Of a stretch of DNA of 64,000 nucleotides, positions 39,411 through 54,127 are shown piece after piece. This DNA is from Amoebidium appalachense (lineage: Eukaryota; Protista; Ichthyosporea). Positions within the stretch are counted from its first letter, which is position 1; each line of letters begins with the position of its first letter. Both the position numbers and the translations under genes were made by a program. The notes beneath the pieces were generated by a model. The model ran no database searches. It had not been told where the DNA came from and saw only the letters and a list, made by a program, of their open reading frames with translations. The stretch spans positions 6,774,907 through 6,838,906 of the forward strand of contig CAVNZM010000001.1 of the NCBI GenBank assembly GCA_963693365.1, read 5' to 3'.

Positions 39411-39951
39411 CCACCCACCCATGCATACACGCACACACACAAACTTCCCCTTCTTCCTCTCAACTCTCTACCCTCTTTTACGTTTCACTGTGTGTTTCCT
39501 CTCTCGTTCTAGCACCAGTTTTGCTAACCGTTACAAACTTCACCTACTCTTGTTCAAGCCTCGACTGGTTGCTGAAATCACCTCCTTTCCTTGTCCTTTT
39601 ATGACCCCCCCCCCCCACCCCCTCCTCTCCCCCCTCCCCCCCCCCCCCCCCCCCCCCCCCCTCCCTTCCCGACTGAAGCCTTAGTCTGTACTGAATAATC
39701 TCTGTCTTGTGACCCACCCTCTCGTCCTTCACTCCCCCCCCCCCCCCCCCCCCCCCCCTTCTTCCTGCCCGGTTCCCCCCATACCTGTTCGCCTCGATTA
39801 CTTGCAGTATTTCTTCTTATCCCTCCCCGATAACTATTAATTTTTTTCCCTCTTCTCCCATTGATCCTGTTTTGGTCCTGTGTCCCTCTATTCCAATGTC
39901 CTTTGCGATGCTTTGCTTCTTTGGCTGCCACCCTCGAATGCACACATCATC

Positions 39952-39985
<34 letters not shown>

Positions 39986-40162
39986 TTCCCCTCTCGTTCC
40001 AGCGCCGGTTTTACCCATTATGGACTTAACCTGCTTTTGCTCAAGCCTCCACATGTCTGAAATTCTGCCCCTTTCTCTCGTACTCTTTACCACCACCCCC
40101 CCCCCCCCCCCTCTTGTCCTCCTACTACCCCTCTCCCCCCAAAAAAACACACACGCACACAG

Positions 40163-40196
<34 letters not shown>

Positions 40197-40337
40197 AACA
40201 CACACAGCATTCGACACCGTCCAATCTTGTTCTCACCAAGGCATCCACATGCTCGCACACAATGCAAAAACATGCACTCCAAAAACATGCACTCACACAC
40301 ACGCACGCACATGCACACCGGGACACACACACACACC

Positions 40338-40403
<66 letters not shown>

Positions 40404-40631
40404 ACACACACACAACGTACACAGACATGCTCACACACACAAACACACAACACACACACACACACATACAGAGAGACACACACACATATGCACACACACG
40501 GTGCATTTCCTCCCCTCCCCTTCCCTCTCCACAGAGCACACACACACACACACGTGCACACATGCACACACACGGTGCATCCCCCCCCCCCCCCTTCCCT
40601 CTCAACTGAGCACATACACACACACATACAT

Positions 40632-40679
<48 letters not shown>

Positions 40680-40822
40680 CACACATGCACACATGCACGG
40701 ACACGAATCCCCCCCTTGCCCTTCCCTCTCCACCGAGCACATGCACACATGCACAGACATGCACATACACACACACACCACACACGACGCACACAGACAT
40801 GCACACACAGACAAACACACAA

Positions 40823-40888
<66 letters not shown>

Positions 40889-41363
40889 CACACACACGGT
40901 GCATTTCCCCCCTCCCCTTCCCTCTCCACAGAGCACACACACACACACGTGCACACATGCACACACACGGTGCATCCCCCCTCTCCCCCCCTTCCCTTTC
41001 AACTGAGCACATACACACACACAGACATACACACACACACAACATACACAGACATCCACACATCAGACACAGACACGCATACACACACACACACACACAC
41101 ACATGCACATATGCACACACAGACACACACACATGCACATGTACACTCACACATGCACACACGCACACACGCAAACACGCACATACACACACACATACAG
41201 ATATGCACACACACACACAGTCTCTCTCTCTTTCTCTCCCTCCCTCCCTCCCTCCCTCCCCCCTCCCTCCCTCCCTCCCAACCATCCCTCCCTCCTTCCC
41301 TCCGTCCCTCCCTCCCTCCCTCCCTCCCTCCCTCCCTCCCTCCCTCCCTCCCTCCCTCCCTCC

Positions 41364-41406
<43 letters not shown>

Positions 41407-42292
41407 ACACACATGCACATGCACATGCACATGCACATGCACATGCACACTCACATATGCACTCACACACACACGCAAACACACACACACACACACACAC
41501 ACATACAGACATGCACACTCTCTCTCTTTCTCTCTTTCTCTCCCTCCCTCCCCCCCCTCCCTCCCCCCCCTCCCTCCCTCCCTCCCTCCCAACCCTCCCT
41601 CCCTCCCTCCCTCACACATACACACATACACACACACGTACACACGTACACACGTACACACGTACACATATAACCCTCTCTTCTCTTATGTAGTATCGTA
41701 GGAACGCTTGACAAAGGTACTACACGGGTGTTGGTTGGATGATGACAGTACATGTACCAGTGGGATAGATGCTGTTTACTCCAGGCAATGTACCAGTGTG
41801 TCGATTGATTTAGCTAATATTAGATCTATGTTTAGCTGTGTGTTGTTTTTTCTCCTTTTTGTATTTAAGGCCTGGCCGGCCTCATAAAATGCTATTTAAT
41901 CTTACTCGAGATCGAGCTTTTTTGGCCTTGAAGGCCGATCTTAATAAAGTACTGTGAATGTGTCCCCTGATGAGGGACTCTAGTCGATATATCTGCAAAA
42001 CGACCCCCCCCCCCCCCCCCCCCCCCTTAAACACACACACACACACACGCACACACACACACACAAACACAAAAACAAACAAAAAAGAAAGAAAAAAAGA
42101 GCGAGAGAATCCTTGTTTCTCGTATGTTACCAGCACGTAAGCAAGTATTTTATTCATTCACAATACATTGTTAGGTATGTGTAGTATATTATGGTGTTAT
42201 TATTTTTTGGTTTACAATATGGTGTCCACATTCCCAATATATCGTTATTGTCGACCAACTACTATGGTAGTGTAATGCTATGATGACAATTT

Positions 42293-43020
42293 GTGCATGC
42301 GTTACTTATAAGCATCGGGTTTTTTCACTAACTACCCACAGAGTAGCTTCTAGCACGATAAATTCACCACAAATTATAAGGGGAGATGGTGAATGTGCCC
42401 TTGGAGTACGAGGGCCACACGAAAAAAACACAACGTTGTAGCTCGAATAGAACCCCCCTTGTAGCATAGTATATGTGCATGTGTTACTTACACATTATTG
42501 GTTTTTTCAATAACTACCCACAGAACAGCTTCTAGCACGAGACATTTACCACACAGTTTATGGGGGGGATGGTGAATGTGCCCCTGGAGTACGAGGGTCA
42601 CACGAAAAAAACACAACGTTGTAGCTCGAATAGAACCCCCCTTGTAGCATAATATATGTACATGTGTTACCTAGACATTATTGGTTTTTTCAATAACTAC
42701 CCACAGAACAGCTTCTAGCACGAGACATTTACCACACAGTTTATGGGGGGGATGGTGAATGTGCCCCTGGAGTACGAGGGTCACACAAAAAAAACACAAC
42801 GTTGTAGCTCGAATAGAACCCCCCTTGTAGCACAGTATATGTACATGTGTTACCTAGACATTATTGGTTTTTTCAATAACTACCCACAGAACAGCTTCTA
42901 GCACGAGAAATTTACCACAAAGTTTTTGGGGGGGATGGTGAATGTGCCTCTGGAGTACGAGGGTCACACGAAAAAAACACATCATTATAGCCCGGATTGA
43001 AACCCCCCTTGTACCATATA
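42293..43020. repeat. Tandem repeat, 4 copies of ~182 bp
   Basis: The unit containing AACTACCCACAGA..AGCTTCTAGCACGA..GATGGTGAATGTGCCC..GGAGTACGAGGG..GAACCCCCCTTGTA starts at ~42293, 42475, 42657 and 42841. Confidence 0.93.
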
Positions 43021-44161
43021 TATCATATATCATGCGGCATGTGTTAGTTTCGCGTTATTGGTTTCCTAGCACGAGATATTCAGCACACAGTTGGGGTTGT
43101 GGGGGCAGTGTACACCTACAATATCAGGGGTACCGCGCGGCAAAAACACCCCCCCCCCCCCCGGGGGGGGGGGGGGGGGGTCACGCGTGCGATGGTGCAC
43201 TTATTATTACGTTAACTAGGCAGGGTATAGCATCAACGTTATTATATGTGCTGCTGAGTTTCTTTGGTTGTACACCCGTCACCAGTCAATTTATTGGTGT
43301 TGGCGCCCACCTGTGACACCACCTCGGAAGACTGGGGTCACATGTGTGGTGCACACGGTGGGTAAATATCATCAAACTGTAGCTGCAAAAGAATGTGCAA
43401 TTATGCATCACTGTCTGGTATTTGCCTATCCCCCCCCCCCCCCCCCCCCCCCCCCCCCGCCCCCCCCCCCCCCCCCCCCACCGGGCCCCCCCCCCCCCCC
43501 TCCCCCCCCCCCCACCCCGAGGCCGCCTCTCCACACCACACACACACGCACCACACACACACACACTGCTGCAGAGCTACATGGATGCCTTCACCATCAC
43601 GCGTGACGATATTTAATTAGTATTGGTGATATTGCATCAATACGTAACGTATATTGGTAATAGATAGTACATAGAATATATATATCACACGAATATAAAT
43701 AATACGAGAGCCATATGGGGACCCCTTCCTGAATCGCACGCACGCGTGTATACGTCGCGTTGAAGATGTACTCCATCAACCAACTATTAACATAACAACG
43801 AGTACACAGGCCTGCCCGGGTGTACATACACGTCTGGGTGTTCACATCTTCCCCCACCCCCCCACACATGACCTTTCTACGTAAAGCGAGGATAGGCCTC
43901 GAGTAAACAGCGTTAACGTTATAACTTAAGCTCCGTCGGAACGTATGGCAACGGTGTCCGAAATATGTCCACCATATCGCCAACCTCACCGATCCGCCGA
44001 GAATCGATCCAATCACATTATGTACACCATGGGAATCCGCTTCTGATAGCAAATAGTGATTGGCTAAACCCAATCCGGTGTGCAATTTTTTGTCCGTTTA
44101 AGCCTGTACGCACGTTGTTTGCTCCATTTCTCTTCCCCCTTCCCGCAGGCCCGCAGGTGCT

Positions 44162-45088
44162 TTCCCGCAGGTCGCCTGGTCGCAGGTCCCTTCCCGCGGG
44201 TCGCCTGGTCGCAGTTCCCTTCCCGCAGGTCGCCTGGTCACAGGTCCCATCCGCAGGTCGCGCAGCCACCGTGCTGAATGGTTTCGACCATGCTGCATGC
44301 TGCAGCATCATCGCCTACCAGCTGAATGGCCGTTTGAAGGTTAGTTTTGTGTTGCCTGCTTTTGTGCATGTGGCGTTTGTCTGTCTGGTCTGTGTCCGTG
44401 CCTGTGAGTATGTCTGTGTCTGTGTCTGTGTCTGTGTGCGTGTGTGTGTATGTGTGTGCGTGCGTGTGTGTGTGCCTGCTGGCTGCAGATGCACGTTGCC
44501 TTTTCACGTTCATGAACCAGCGACTGTGGGCACTACTTTTGCTGTTAGCACTATAGCTATCATCCCCTCCACCAGTCGTTCAAGCTATTTTCTGCTTCTC
44601 TAGACTTCATAAGTTCTGGTCCGGGTTTCCGTCCTTACCATGTTTGAGGTTGGTTCTGTCGACTCTTTTTTTGCCCTCCGCAGGTCGCGCAGCCACCGTG
44701 CTGAATGGTTTCGACCATGCTGCATGCTGCAGCTTCTTCGCCTAACGGAAGGTTAGTTTTGTGTTGCCTGCTTTTGTGCATGTGGCGTTTGTCTGTCTGG
44801 TCTGTGTCCGTGCCTGTGAATATGTCTGTGTCTGTGTCTGTGTCTGTGTGCGTGTGTGTGTGTATGTGTGTGCGTGCGTGTGCGTGTGCCTGCTGGCTGC
44901 AGATGCACGTTGCCTTTTCACGTTCATGAACCAGCGACTGTGGGCACTACTTTTGCTGTTAGCACTATAGCTATCATCCCCTCCCCCAGTCGTTCAAGCT
45001 ATTTTCTGCTTCTCTAGACTTCATAAGTTCTGGTCCGGGTTTCCGTCCTTACTATGTTTGAGGTTTGTTCTGTCGACTCTTTTTTTGC
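44162..45088. repeat. 3 x 30-bp tandem repeat followed by a ~420-bp tandem duplication
   Basis: TTCCCGCAGGTCGCCTGGTCGCAGGTCCC x3. The block 44251-44675 is repeated at 44678-45088. Confidence 0.92.
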
Positions 45089-46406
45089 CACTTTAGAGGT
45101 GGGTACCGGATCTTTGTCCTATGGCTGCTGTTGTTTCCGTTTTTCGTTTCTGTGTTGCCCCAGCCCAGCCTGTTGTGCTTGTGTGGTAGTTTTCTTTTTC
45201 TTTTTTCTTCTTTTTTCTTCTTTTTTTGTCATGATTCTTTTTGGTATTTTTTGTTTGCATAAGAGTAATGTTGATACGAGATGCGAGATAAAAAGATAGT
45301 AGAGAATGGATGCCACCTGGGGTGGTATGTTAGTTGTGTTGTTAACTTGTGTGCTGTAGGATGCCACCTGGGGTGGTATATTAGTTGTGTTGTTTACTTG
45401 TGTGCTTGATGCCACTATCCAACCGAAGTTAATAAAGTGACCATACGGAACACGTATGGATGTCGACATGGTGCAATACATTGGCAATTCATTGACAATG
45501 ATCATGGGGCTGTGCTTACCGTACCGTGTGCATATTGCCAATATATTGAGCATGTGATTGAGGTATCAATAAAGTTATTATTAATACATTGGCAATGTTG
45601 GTCCGATATGCCTTTCATATTATAAGCGCAATTATACTGTACTTTGCATGCATTCGTTCCCATTATCAATTTATTGGCAATGTATTTGGATAATATAGTG
45701 TGATATTTATAATATATATGCAATGCATTATCAACACTTATATCTTTATGGTGGTGGTATCATTCGTATGTTGGCTATATATGCTTGATATGGAACATAC
45801 TTACATATTCCTTATTTGTAATGTGTTGGGAGTGTATTAATCATACCTCTGTTTATGTCATCAATATACTCTCGATATATAAGCAACCTATCGGCGATAC
45901 CGCATTTATATATTGATTATAGTTGGATCATATGTTGGCAATACATTGTTTATATGTTTCTTGATATTTAAATCTTTGTATTTCTATGAATTACATATTG
46001 GCAATACATGAATAATGCGTTCATAGTGCAACTACAATGCGAAAATACAGTATTATCCATATCATTATCTGTATTTTTGATATTATTTGGTTGTTATTGT
46101 AATATCGCCCGGGTATAATTGATATTGGCAATACGTCTATAATGCTAGCGCAATAGTAGTGCAATGGTAATGTAATGGCACTCTAATGTATTGGCGATAT
46201 TGATGTAACATATACTAGATAATATATTCATATCAGCGGGATATCGACAATAGAGGGTATTGGTACTGTATTACCATTGACAATACCAAAGCAATATTAT
46301 TGCAATACGGCGTTCCTATTGGCGGCAAGGGGTTCTATTGCCAATATCGCCAATAGCCCCAATAGCAAAAAATACGTTGGCAATACTTCCGGGAAGTTTG
46401 CTGATG

Positions 46407-48275
46407 CCCCGCATGACCATTCCGTCACATGGCCCCTCCCCAACTCCTTCCCTACCCCTCCCCCACCCGATCCTTCGATTTTCCTCTCCTCCCCCAACCC
46501 CTCCTCCCCCTCTTCCCCCCACCAATCCTCTCCCTTTGTCTCCGCGATTGTTCCCAATTTCGAAACCATTAAGCCAAACGAGCTACAACAAGCACAGCTC
46601 GCAGACCCTGATGTGCGCCCCATTATAGATTATTTGGTGCACAATATCCTACCAGAGGATGATAAACTCGCACGCCGTCTCGTGCTTGAACGTGACGCTT
46701 ATACCGTGCACAACAACACCCTGTACCATGTCTTTGTACCCACCCGACCGGGTGCTCAAGCACATGGACCAAGCTTTCAAATTGTGGTACCACGCGGTTT
46801 CAAACGTAAAATACTTGAAGCCTGCCATGATATCAGTTGACCTTCTCACTAAACTGACTCCTTCTTTCAACGGCAATAAATATATTCTCGTTGTTGTTGA
46901 CAATTTAACCAATTAGATTGAAGCTTTCCCAATCCCGGATAAAAAGGCAGACACCATCGCACGCACACTCGTGGATGAAATATTCTGCCGCTATTCCCTT
47001 CCCCGCCGTGTAATTGTAGACGCCAAAAATAACTTCACCGGCAAACTTATGTCCGATGTATGCCGCCTACTAGGCATAGATCGCATCGTTACCCCACCGT
47101 ACCACCACTCGTCCAATGGTTTGGTGGAAAAGGCAAATATGGATATTATCCGTGTCCTGCGCATGTACGTCTCCTCCCACCACCAGGACTGGGATATTTA
47201 TCTACCCACCGCACTTTTTGCGTTGCGCTCCTCCCTCAATGCCAGCAGAGGCAATTCCCCCTTTTACCTCCTTTTTGGTATTGACCCCAGACTTCCCGTT
47301 GATCTGGAATTTGAGCACCCCACACGTGCCCATCTCCCTGAAAATGTGTACACCCAACAACTTGTACACCGCTTGCAGGATGCGCGATTGGCCGCACAGG
47401 AGACTTTACGTCAAGCGAGAGCAAAGCAAAAGCAATATGATGATGCTCACTCGCATAGCGTGCGCATATATACACCTGGCCAACAAGTGTGGGTGCACAC
47501 ACCAGTAACCCAACGCTACCGCACTGGTAAATTACTCCACATGTGGCAAGGTCCATACCGTATTGCCCATCGCATCCCTGGCAATGCTGAACTGTACCAA
47601 CTTGTCACCCCACGCGGTAAATTTATGAAAAATCCGGTTCATCACGATCGGTTAAAACCATTTATCAACCGAGATGACCGCCCCTTGGACGATGCTATCC
47701 TACCCTTTCCACCACTCCCACAACCACAAGATCCCCCCGCACCTGGGCAACACCCACTTGCGGAAGAAGATCTTCCTGAGGATGCAGAATTCGTGGTTCA
47801 GGCACCCCCCCCCTCCACCCCCACCCCCACCCCCACCTTCCCGCACGCCCCCTCCCCCCGCCCCCCTCCCCCCTCAACTTCAACCTCACCCCGCCCCTCC
47901 ACAACATCTTCCACAACCCCCTCCCCCTCCCTCCCCCATGCCTCAAGCTATGCCTGCCCAGCCACCCACTCTACCCACTCTCCGACTTCCCCTCCCCGGC
48001 CTAGCCGTACCTACGCAGCCCGCTCCCCCTCCACCCCCACTACCTCCCCCTTCCCCCCGCCTCCTCACCACGTCACTTACGTTCTCCCTCAAAATACATA
48101 CCCGGACTCCCATATGCCCAATTTGGCACCCTACCCGCATATTCACGCCCCACTATCGTTTACGTGGATCTCCCCCGGATGGGCATATGCACCTGACGGC
48201 CGATTGTACTATTTGGCCGCTGATTATAACGGTCAACCCGCATGGTTTCCGGATGACCGCATGATCGAAATATAA
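46407..48275 (+). pseudogene. Pol 3' part: integrase with deleted HHCC region, nonsense codon and Pro-rich/WW-like tail
   Basis: IVVPRGFKRKILEACHD is joined out of frame directly to ISVDLL...YILVVVD. TAG at 46914-46916. Downstream motifs VIVDAKNNF, YHHSSNGLVE, SPFYLLFG, WQGPYRI, VHHDRLKPF. Confidence 0.92.
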
Positions 48276-48734
48276 AAAGATTCCCCCCCCCCCCCCCCCC
48301 CCTCCCTGGTAACCAGTAGGCACCCATTACCTACTGTCCCCAACCCATTAAAAAAAAAAAAAAAAAAAAAAAAAATTAACTCATATTTATTTATTATACA
48401 CTCCTCTCTTTTCCGAGCGCCTTACCTCGCAAGGCCACCTCCTTCTGAGTTGGCTACTCACTCGAGCCGCTCGAATCGCTAGGCCTTTTCCCCTCATTTC
48501 CTGTCACCCTTCCCCGCCTCCCATTCCCCCCCCCCCCCCTCCCCCCCCCCCCCCCTTCCCCCCCCCTTCTCCCCCCCCCCCCCCCCTCCCGCCACCGCCT
48601 TCTAGGCCTACTTCCACGTGCACGAGGCGAGCACCCTATTTCGCAAGGCCACCCCTGTACCAACCTGGCTACTCACTCGAGCTGCTCCCCTCACACACAC
48701 ACACACACACATACACACACACACTATATTTTCG

Positions 48735-48773
<39 letters not shown>

Positions 48774-49158
48774 CACATTCTGTATGCATGAATGCGTGCC
48801 TGTAATTATTCATCGGAAGCTTTATTAAATAACGCTAACTTACTTTTAGCACGTTCTTTAGTAGCATCTTAGCTACTTGTGCTTTAGCCGCTAGCTAGAG
48901 CATCGTATCCAATTTTTCTTTCATATATAGCTAGCCCTAGCATAGGTCTCTAAATTAGCTTCAATAGGCTTGCTTAAATTATAGCACATAGCCTTTAAGC
49001 TATCGCTAGACCTCATAATATCTGCCACATGTCTGTATTCTAGTATGCCTGTACATAACTGCCACTTTCGGTGCTGCCTTATACCCTGGGTGCTGGTCAC
49101 TCTGTTAGCCGCCCTTTTTTTCCTCCTGGTTTGAGCTCGGGACGAGCTCAACTCCCCC

Positions 49159-49166
49159 GGGGGGAA
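49159..49166 (+). promoter_or_regulatory. Polypurine tract
   Basis: GGGGGGAA immediately 5' of the 3' LTR. Confidence 0.8.
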
Positions 49167-49379
49167 TGCCCGAGCGAGATCACGTGACCTCGCCCGCACT
49201 GGGGTATAGGCAGGCGCACCCGGCTCACGGCAGCCAGATTGGCCATCGCTCACAAGCACAGGCCCAATACAGACTCTCAGCAGCTCTGTGTGAGTCCCGT
49301 CACCGTCCCTCACACACTAAGTGCCTCGTTCCCCTTTTTCCCTCTTGTTCCTTAGTCCCATGTACCACTAGCTTAGGCA
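49167..49379 (+). repeat. 3' LTR (213 bp)
   Basis: Identical to the 5' LTR and followed by the TSD GTTT. Confidence 0.97.
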
Positions 49380-50063
49380 GTTTATTTTTCATCGAGAGAT
49401 GCGCTCTGCATTCCTCATCGTGCACGCTGCGCCGCTGCGGGCAGCTGCGGGCACTGGCACTGCCACCTCCGACCATTGTGTGTTGGAGGTTGTCGTTCCC
49501 TCCCCCCTTCCCCTCCCCCCTAACCCCCCTTCCTCCCCTCCCCCCTCCCCCCCCCCCCCCCCCCTCCCCCCAACACACACATACACACACACATACACAC
49601 ACACACACACACGGCCACACGCACACACATTCACACGCACACATACTCACGCGCCGCCGTAGGCCCTCCTCTAGAACTGATCGTGAATGGTCTAGGCGCC
49701 AACACGACGGTCCCGTACCGACCTTCATGTTGTACTCACAGACAGAACTGGCTCATCCCACCAGTTTGTGTTACGTAACGTTTGTGCGTGCATGTGTGAC
49801 GGTTAGTCAGGAAGAGACCCTGAGGTCACGGTGGGGGGAGCCGGCGGAAGAAGAGAAAGATATAGCCTAGTAAACCGCGAGGGGGGGGGGGGGGGGGGGG
49901 AGAACACACACACACACAGAGAGGGAGAGAGAGAGGGAGGGAGGGGGGGGGGAGGGAGAGAGGGAGAGAGGGAGACAGAGAGGGGGAGAGAGAGAGAGAG
50001 AGAGAGGGAGAGAGAGGGGCGGAGAGAGAGAGATGGGGAGAGGGGGGGGGGGGGGGGGGGGGG

Positions 50064-50128
<65 letters not shown>

Positions 50129-51079
50129 AGAAGAAGAAGAAGAGAGGGAGGGAGGGAGTACTCGGGAGGAGTGAGGGAGGGTAGCCTGAGAGCGAGAAAG
50201 AACTGGAGGAGGTTGGGGGGGAGGAAGAGAGTCTTAGGAAAAGAGACCGGTAGCGGGCCCGGGAGAAGGGGGAAGGGGGGGGAGGGGGGGGGGGGGGGGG
50301 GGGGGGGATCCGGAGTGGGTGAGGAGGAGTGTGTGTGTGTGGGTTTCAGAGGAAAAGAGAGAGGCTTAGGGCCAGAGTGTCAGATATGAGAGAGCTCGAT
50401 GAGGGAAGTGGAACAACGTGTGTGGTAGTGTGTGTGCAACCGCACATGGGTGTGTATGTGTGTGTACAGGTGCTTATTCGTGTGCATTGTGTGACGAAAT
50501 GTGTACCTACAGTGTGTGTGTACAGGTGTGTGCGGTTGTGTGTGCATGGAGGCATGGAGGGTTGCATGCCTGATGTGTTTTCATGTGGGGCGCCGGGGTG
50601 GCTACTTGAACTTAGTTGTGTACGTACTCGTGCCTTCGTGTTTGGGAAAAGAGATGACAACATTGATTTAGGATTCCTTGAACGAGAAGCAAAGTTGAAA
50701 GGAGTTTAACAGAGGAAATCTCAAAATTGGTGAATATTGGAACTATTTCCCGAAGCTATGTATTGCTACGGAGATGCCACGCCGGATGCACCACACCCAA
50801 AAAATAAGAACCCACTCTCTCTTTTGACCGGAATTTCTGCAAACCTGTGGCCTCTCATGGCCCTCAGAACGATTTTTTCCAGCATAAGCTTGCATTTGGT
50901 GACCCTCCCCCCCGCCCCCGCCCCACCCACCCTCCCCCCTCCCCTTCACAAGACACTATTATCACTTAGCTGAGGCATCCATATCACCCGTTTCAATGAT
51001 ACTTACCAACAGCTAGGCGAAGTTCCCCAGAACCCGGTGTAAACGCAGTGTAATGTCAGATTATGATACAAACGTCGCT

Positions 51080-51236
<157 letters not shown>

Positions 51237-51487
51237 TTGGGGGAGGGGGGGGAGGGGGGAGGGGGGGAGGAAGGGGATGCGCGCCTGTGTGGGCGGGTGT
51301 GCGCGCATGCCACGGTGGTGCGAGAACCTGTTTTCTTTTTTCCTGCAGGAGCAGGTGGTGGTTGGGCGGCAGCGGGGGAAGGGTGGGGTTAGAGGGGAAG
51401 GGGGGGGGGGGGGGGGGGGGGGAGGGGGGGAGGATAGAGGCAAGATAACGAGGCCTTTTTTTCTTTTCTTTTCTACTTTTTCTTCCC

Positions 51488-51539
<52 letters not shown>

Positions 51540-51542
51540 GGG

Positions 51543-51573
<31 letters not shown>

Positions 51574-52597
51574 AACATGCCAAGATTTGCTATTGACCAG
51601 TCATCGCTGGTAGGCAAATTCAACAGAGCACTTAGTTATGTTACATGGCATAACCATGGCGTAAGCTTTATTGACAGCTGGCACACGCCCTAATATCATG
51701 TGCATGCATTCACTTCAGTTGTGATAAGCAAGTTAACCAGAAACAACAGCTACATTCGGACAGAAATGTTAGAAGGGTGCTTCGTTCACATTATGAATCA
51801 CATTTTAGCTACCTTACCTGTAGAGGCCTACGATACGTACAACTTGTTGCCACATATTCCGTATTTCTGCGCCATGTAATCAGTGCTACTGTTGCTCTGA
51901 ATTTGGTCCCCAACACGTACACGTTGCATCGTTCATATGTGTGTCCTACAGACCACACGTGTGTGTATGTCCCACCAGGCAATGTTTTGCATACATAGAT
52001 TAATGCACACACACCAACCAACGAATCGTGACCGGCACAGAGTGTCTCTGCATGCATCTGGCACATACATCTTAGATGCATTGGAATTTGTGCACGTTTT
52101 CCCCATCCATTTCTTTCTATTGGTGAAATACCATTTGTGACTGTAATTCACGCACATGCGGAGAGGCATACATGTGTGGATGCAGGAGGACACGGAATGT
52201 CCGCAGCCTAACACAACGTAAATGTGTGCATATTCGTGTACTATTGCAGGTATTATGTGTGCCCATACGCCTGTGTATCATGCTCATTTGTGTGGATGGC
52301 TTTCATTCAATTTAGAACATTTTAACGCATACATGTAACCAAACCATCAATGTATAATCCACCAGATATGGTAATTTACGGGACCAAATCATGACTCTTC
52401 TCCGATATGTCCGATGTCTGTCTCCACAAAGGCCTCTTTTCATTGGTTGCCACAACCCAGATCTGCTGCCGTTCCACCCTGTGCACCTCCTCCCCATTCA
52501 CCAACATGCCAAGTCCAACATCCAAATTCGGATCGAATCTCATCTCCTCATCTTTCGCCGCAATCAGATCCGCTTTACCGATTAGGCTCCCCCCGCG

Positions 52598-53909
52598 TTA
52601 AGATATGGGAAAGGAAACCATAGGTGACATAGCGCCGCTCCCGCCAGATCCCCTTCTTTGATTGGGCGATGCGCGCGGTGTGTGTGGGGTAGAACTACTA
52701 TAGTTACCATACCCCCCACCCTTAAAAGAAAACAGAAGCGATTCCAGAGACAACCGTCGGTGGGTGGAAGGGGATGCTTTTGGGGATTCCGCCCGCGAAC
52801 TCATAGGTGCAGTTTCAAACGAGATAGAACTAACCCCAGGCCCGCAAAACTTACCTATACGGTGCCTGGCGGTGCCCGGGCACAAGGTGTCGACTGATGA
52901 CGTGGAAAATGACGTCATACCTTCTAGAAACCGGGAGAAGCTTCCGCGCCGGGGAGCGGGTGTTACCAGTGGGGCAGAGGCGGGAGTCGGACTAATACTG
53001 TTTGCATGAATGGTGGTTGCTGATTGGTCGGAATGGTGAGAAGCGGCTTTATCACACTGTGCGTGATTGGTAGATTTTAAATCATTCATGTTTGGGGTAG
53101 AGGGTGTGATTTTAGGTGTTAGAGGTGTAGGTATGGTGATGGTATCGTTGGTTGAAGTTTGACTATCCACAGAGCCGGTACTGTGTGCACGACGGTGACA
53201 CTTGATCGAGAAATGTTTTTTTGTGGTGGGTGGGCCTGTGGATGCAATGGGTCTGCGGGTAGTGTACGTGGATGTCAGTTCAGATTTACCGGATTTGGGT
53301 GGTTTTTGGTTTTTGCCTTCTTTGCTACATCGTCTTTGTCTCACATTTGTGGGTCTCCTGCTGCGCTCCCCCTGGCCTCCCCCCCCCACCCCCCCCCCCC
53401 CACCCCCTTTCCATCCCTCTGGCCTCCCCCTTCCCCCCCCCCCCCCCCCCCCCCCACCCACCCACCCACCCTCCGCCCCGCCTTCCCGTCCCTCCCCTAA
53501 AAACTACACGCCATCTCACACATACAAATCAATATCTCTCCTTAAATTTATCAAACTGTCAGATTAATGTCTCCACATACACACACACACTTGCTCCCTT
53601 CCTCTTTCTGCTCCTCCTCCCACCTATCCACCCGCACCCTCCCCCCTCACCGAGTGTTCCAGCAACCCAATCCCATTTGTATCCCACGACACAAACAATA
53701 GAGAAAGCAGCTAATGCAACCTCCTGTGTGTGTGTGTGTGTGTGTATTTCGTGTGAAACTGAGCGGAGCACAAAGGGGCAGCCACTGCTGTGTGGATGAG
53801 ATGAGATGGAATGGATAGGGGTGTTTTTTTTGGTGCGGGAGGTAGGGGGGGAGGGGGGGGGGGGTTCTGGTGCTTTTCAACCATCCATAGCTGTACTATA
53901 ACCTCCGGG

Positions 53910-53954
<45 letters not shown>

Positions 53955-54085
53955 TAGGGGGATGCGCTATAGAGTATGAAGTGTACATTCTACAACGGAC
54001 AACATAATGAAGAGTGCAAATCACACATAAATAGTATGCATAATAAGCAAACCCCATCCCCGCCTGGGGGGTTGGGTGGGTGGGT

Positions 54086-54127
<42 letters not shown>

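Noticed and set aside
42293-43020. Possible CRISPR-like or coding repeat
   Set aside because: The whole ~182-bp unit is repeated without unique spacers and has no continuous ORF. It is a simple satellite.
52598-52600. Alternative genetic code (stop reassigned), suggested by in-frame TAA/TAG here and at 25012 and 46914
   Set aside because: Intact genes terminate at TAA or TAG and have long stop-free ORFs. The other two stops lie in clearly decayed sequences, at positions where the families normally have different residues (E, W).
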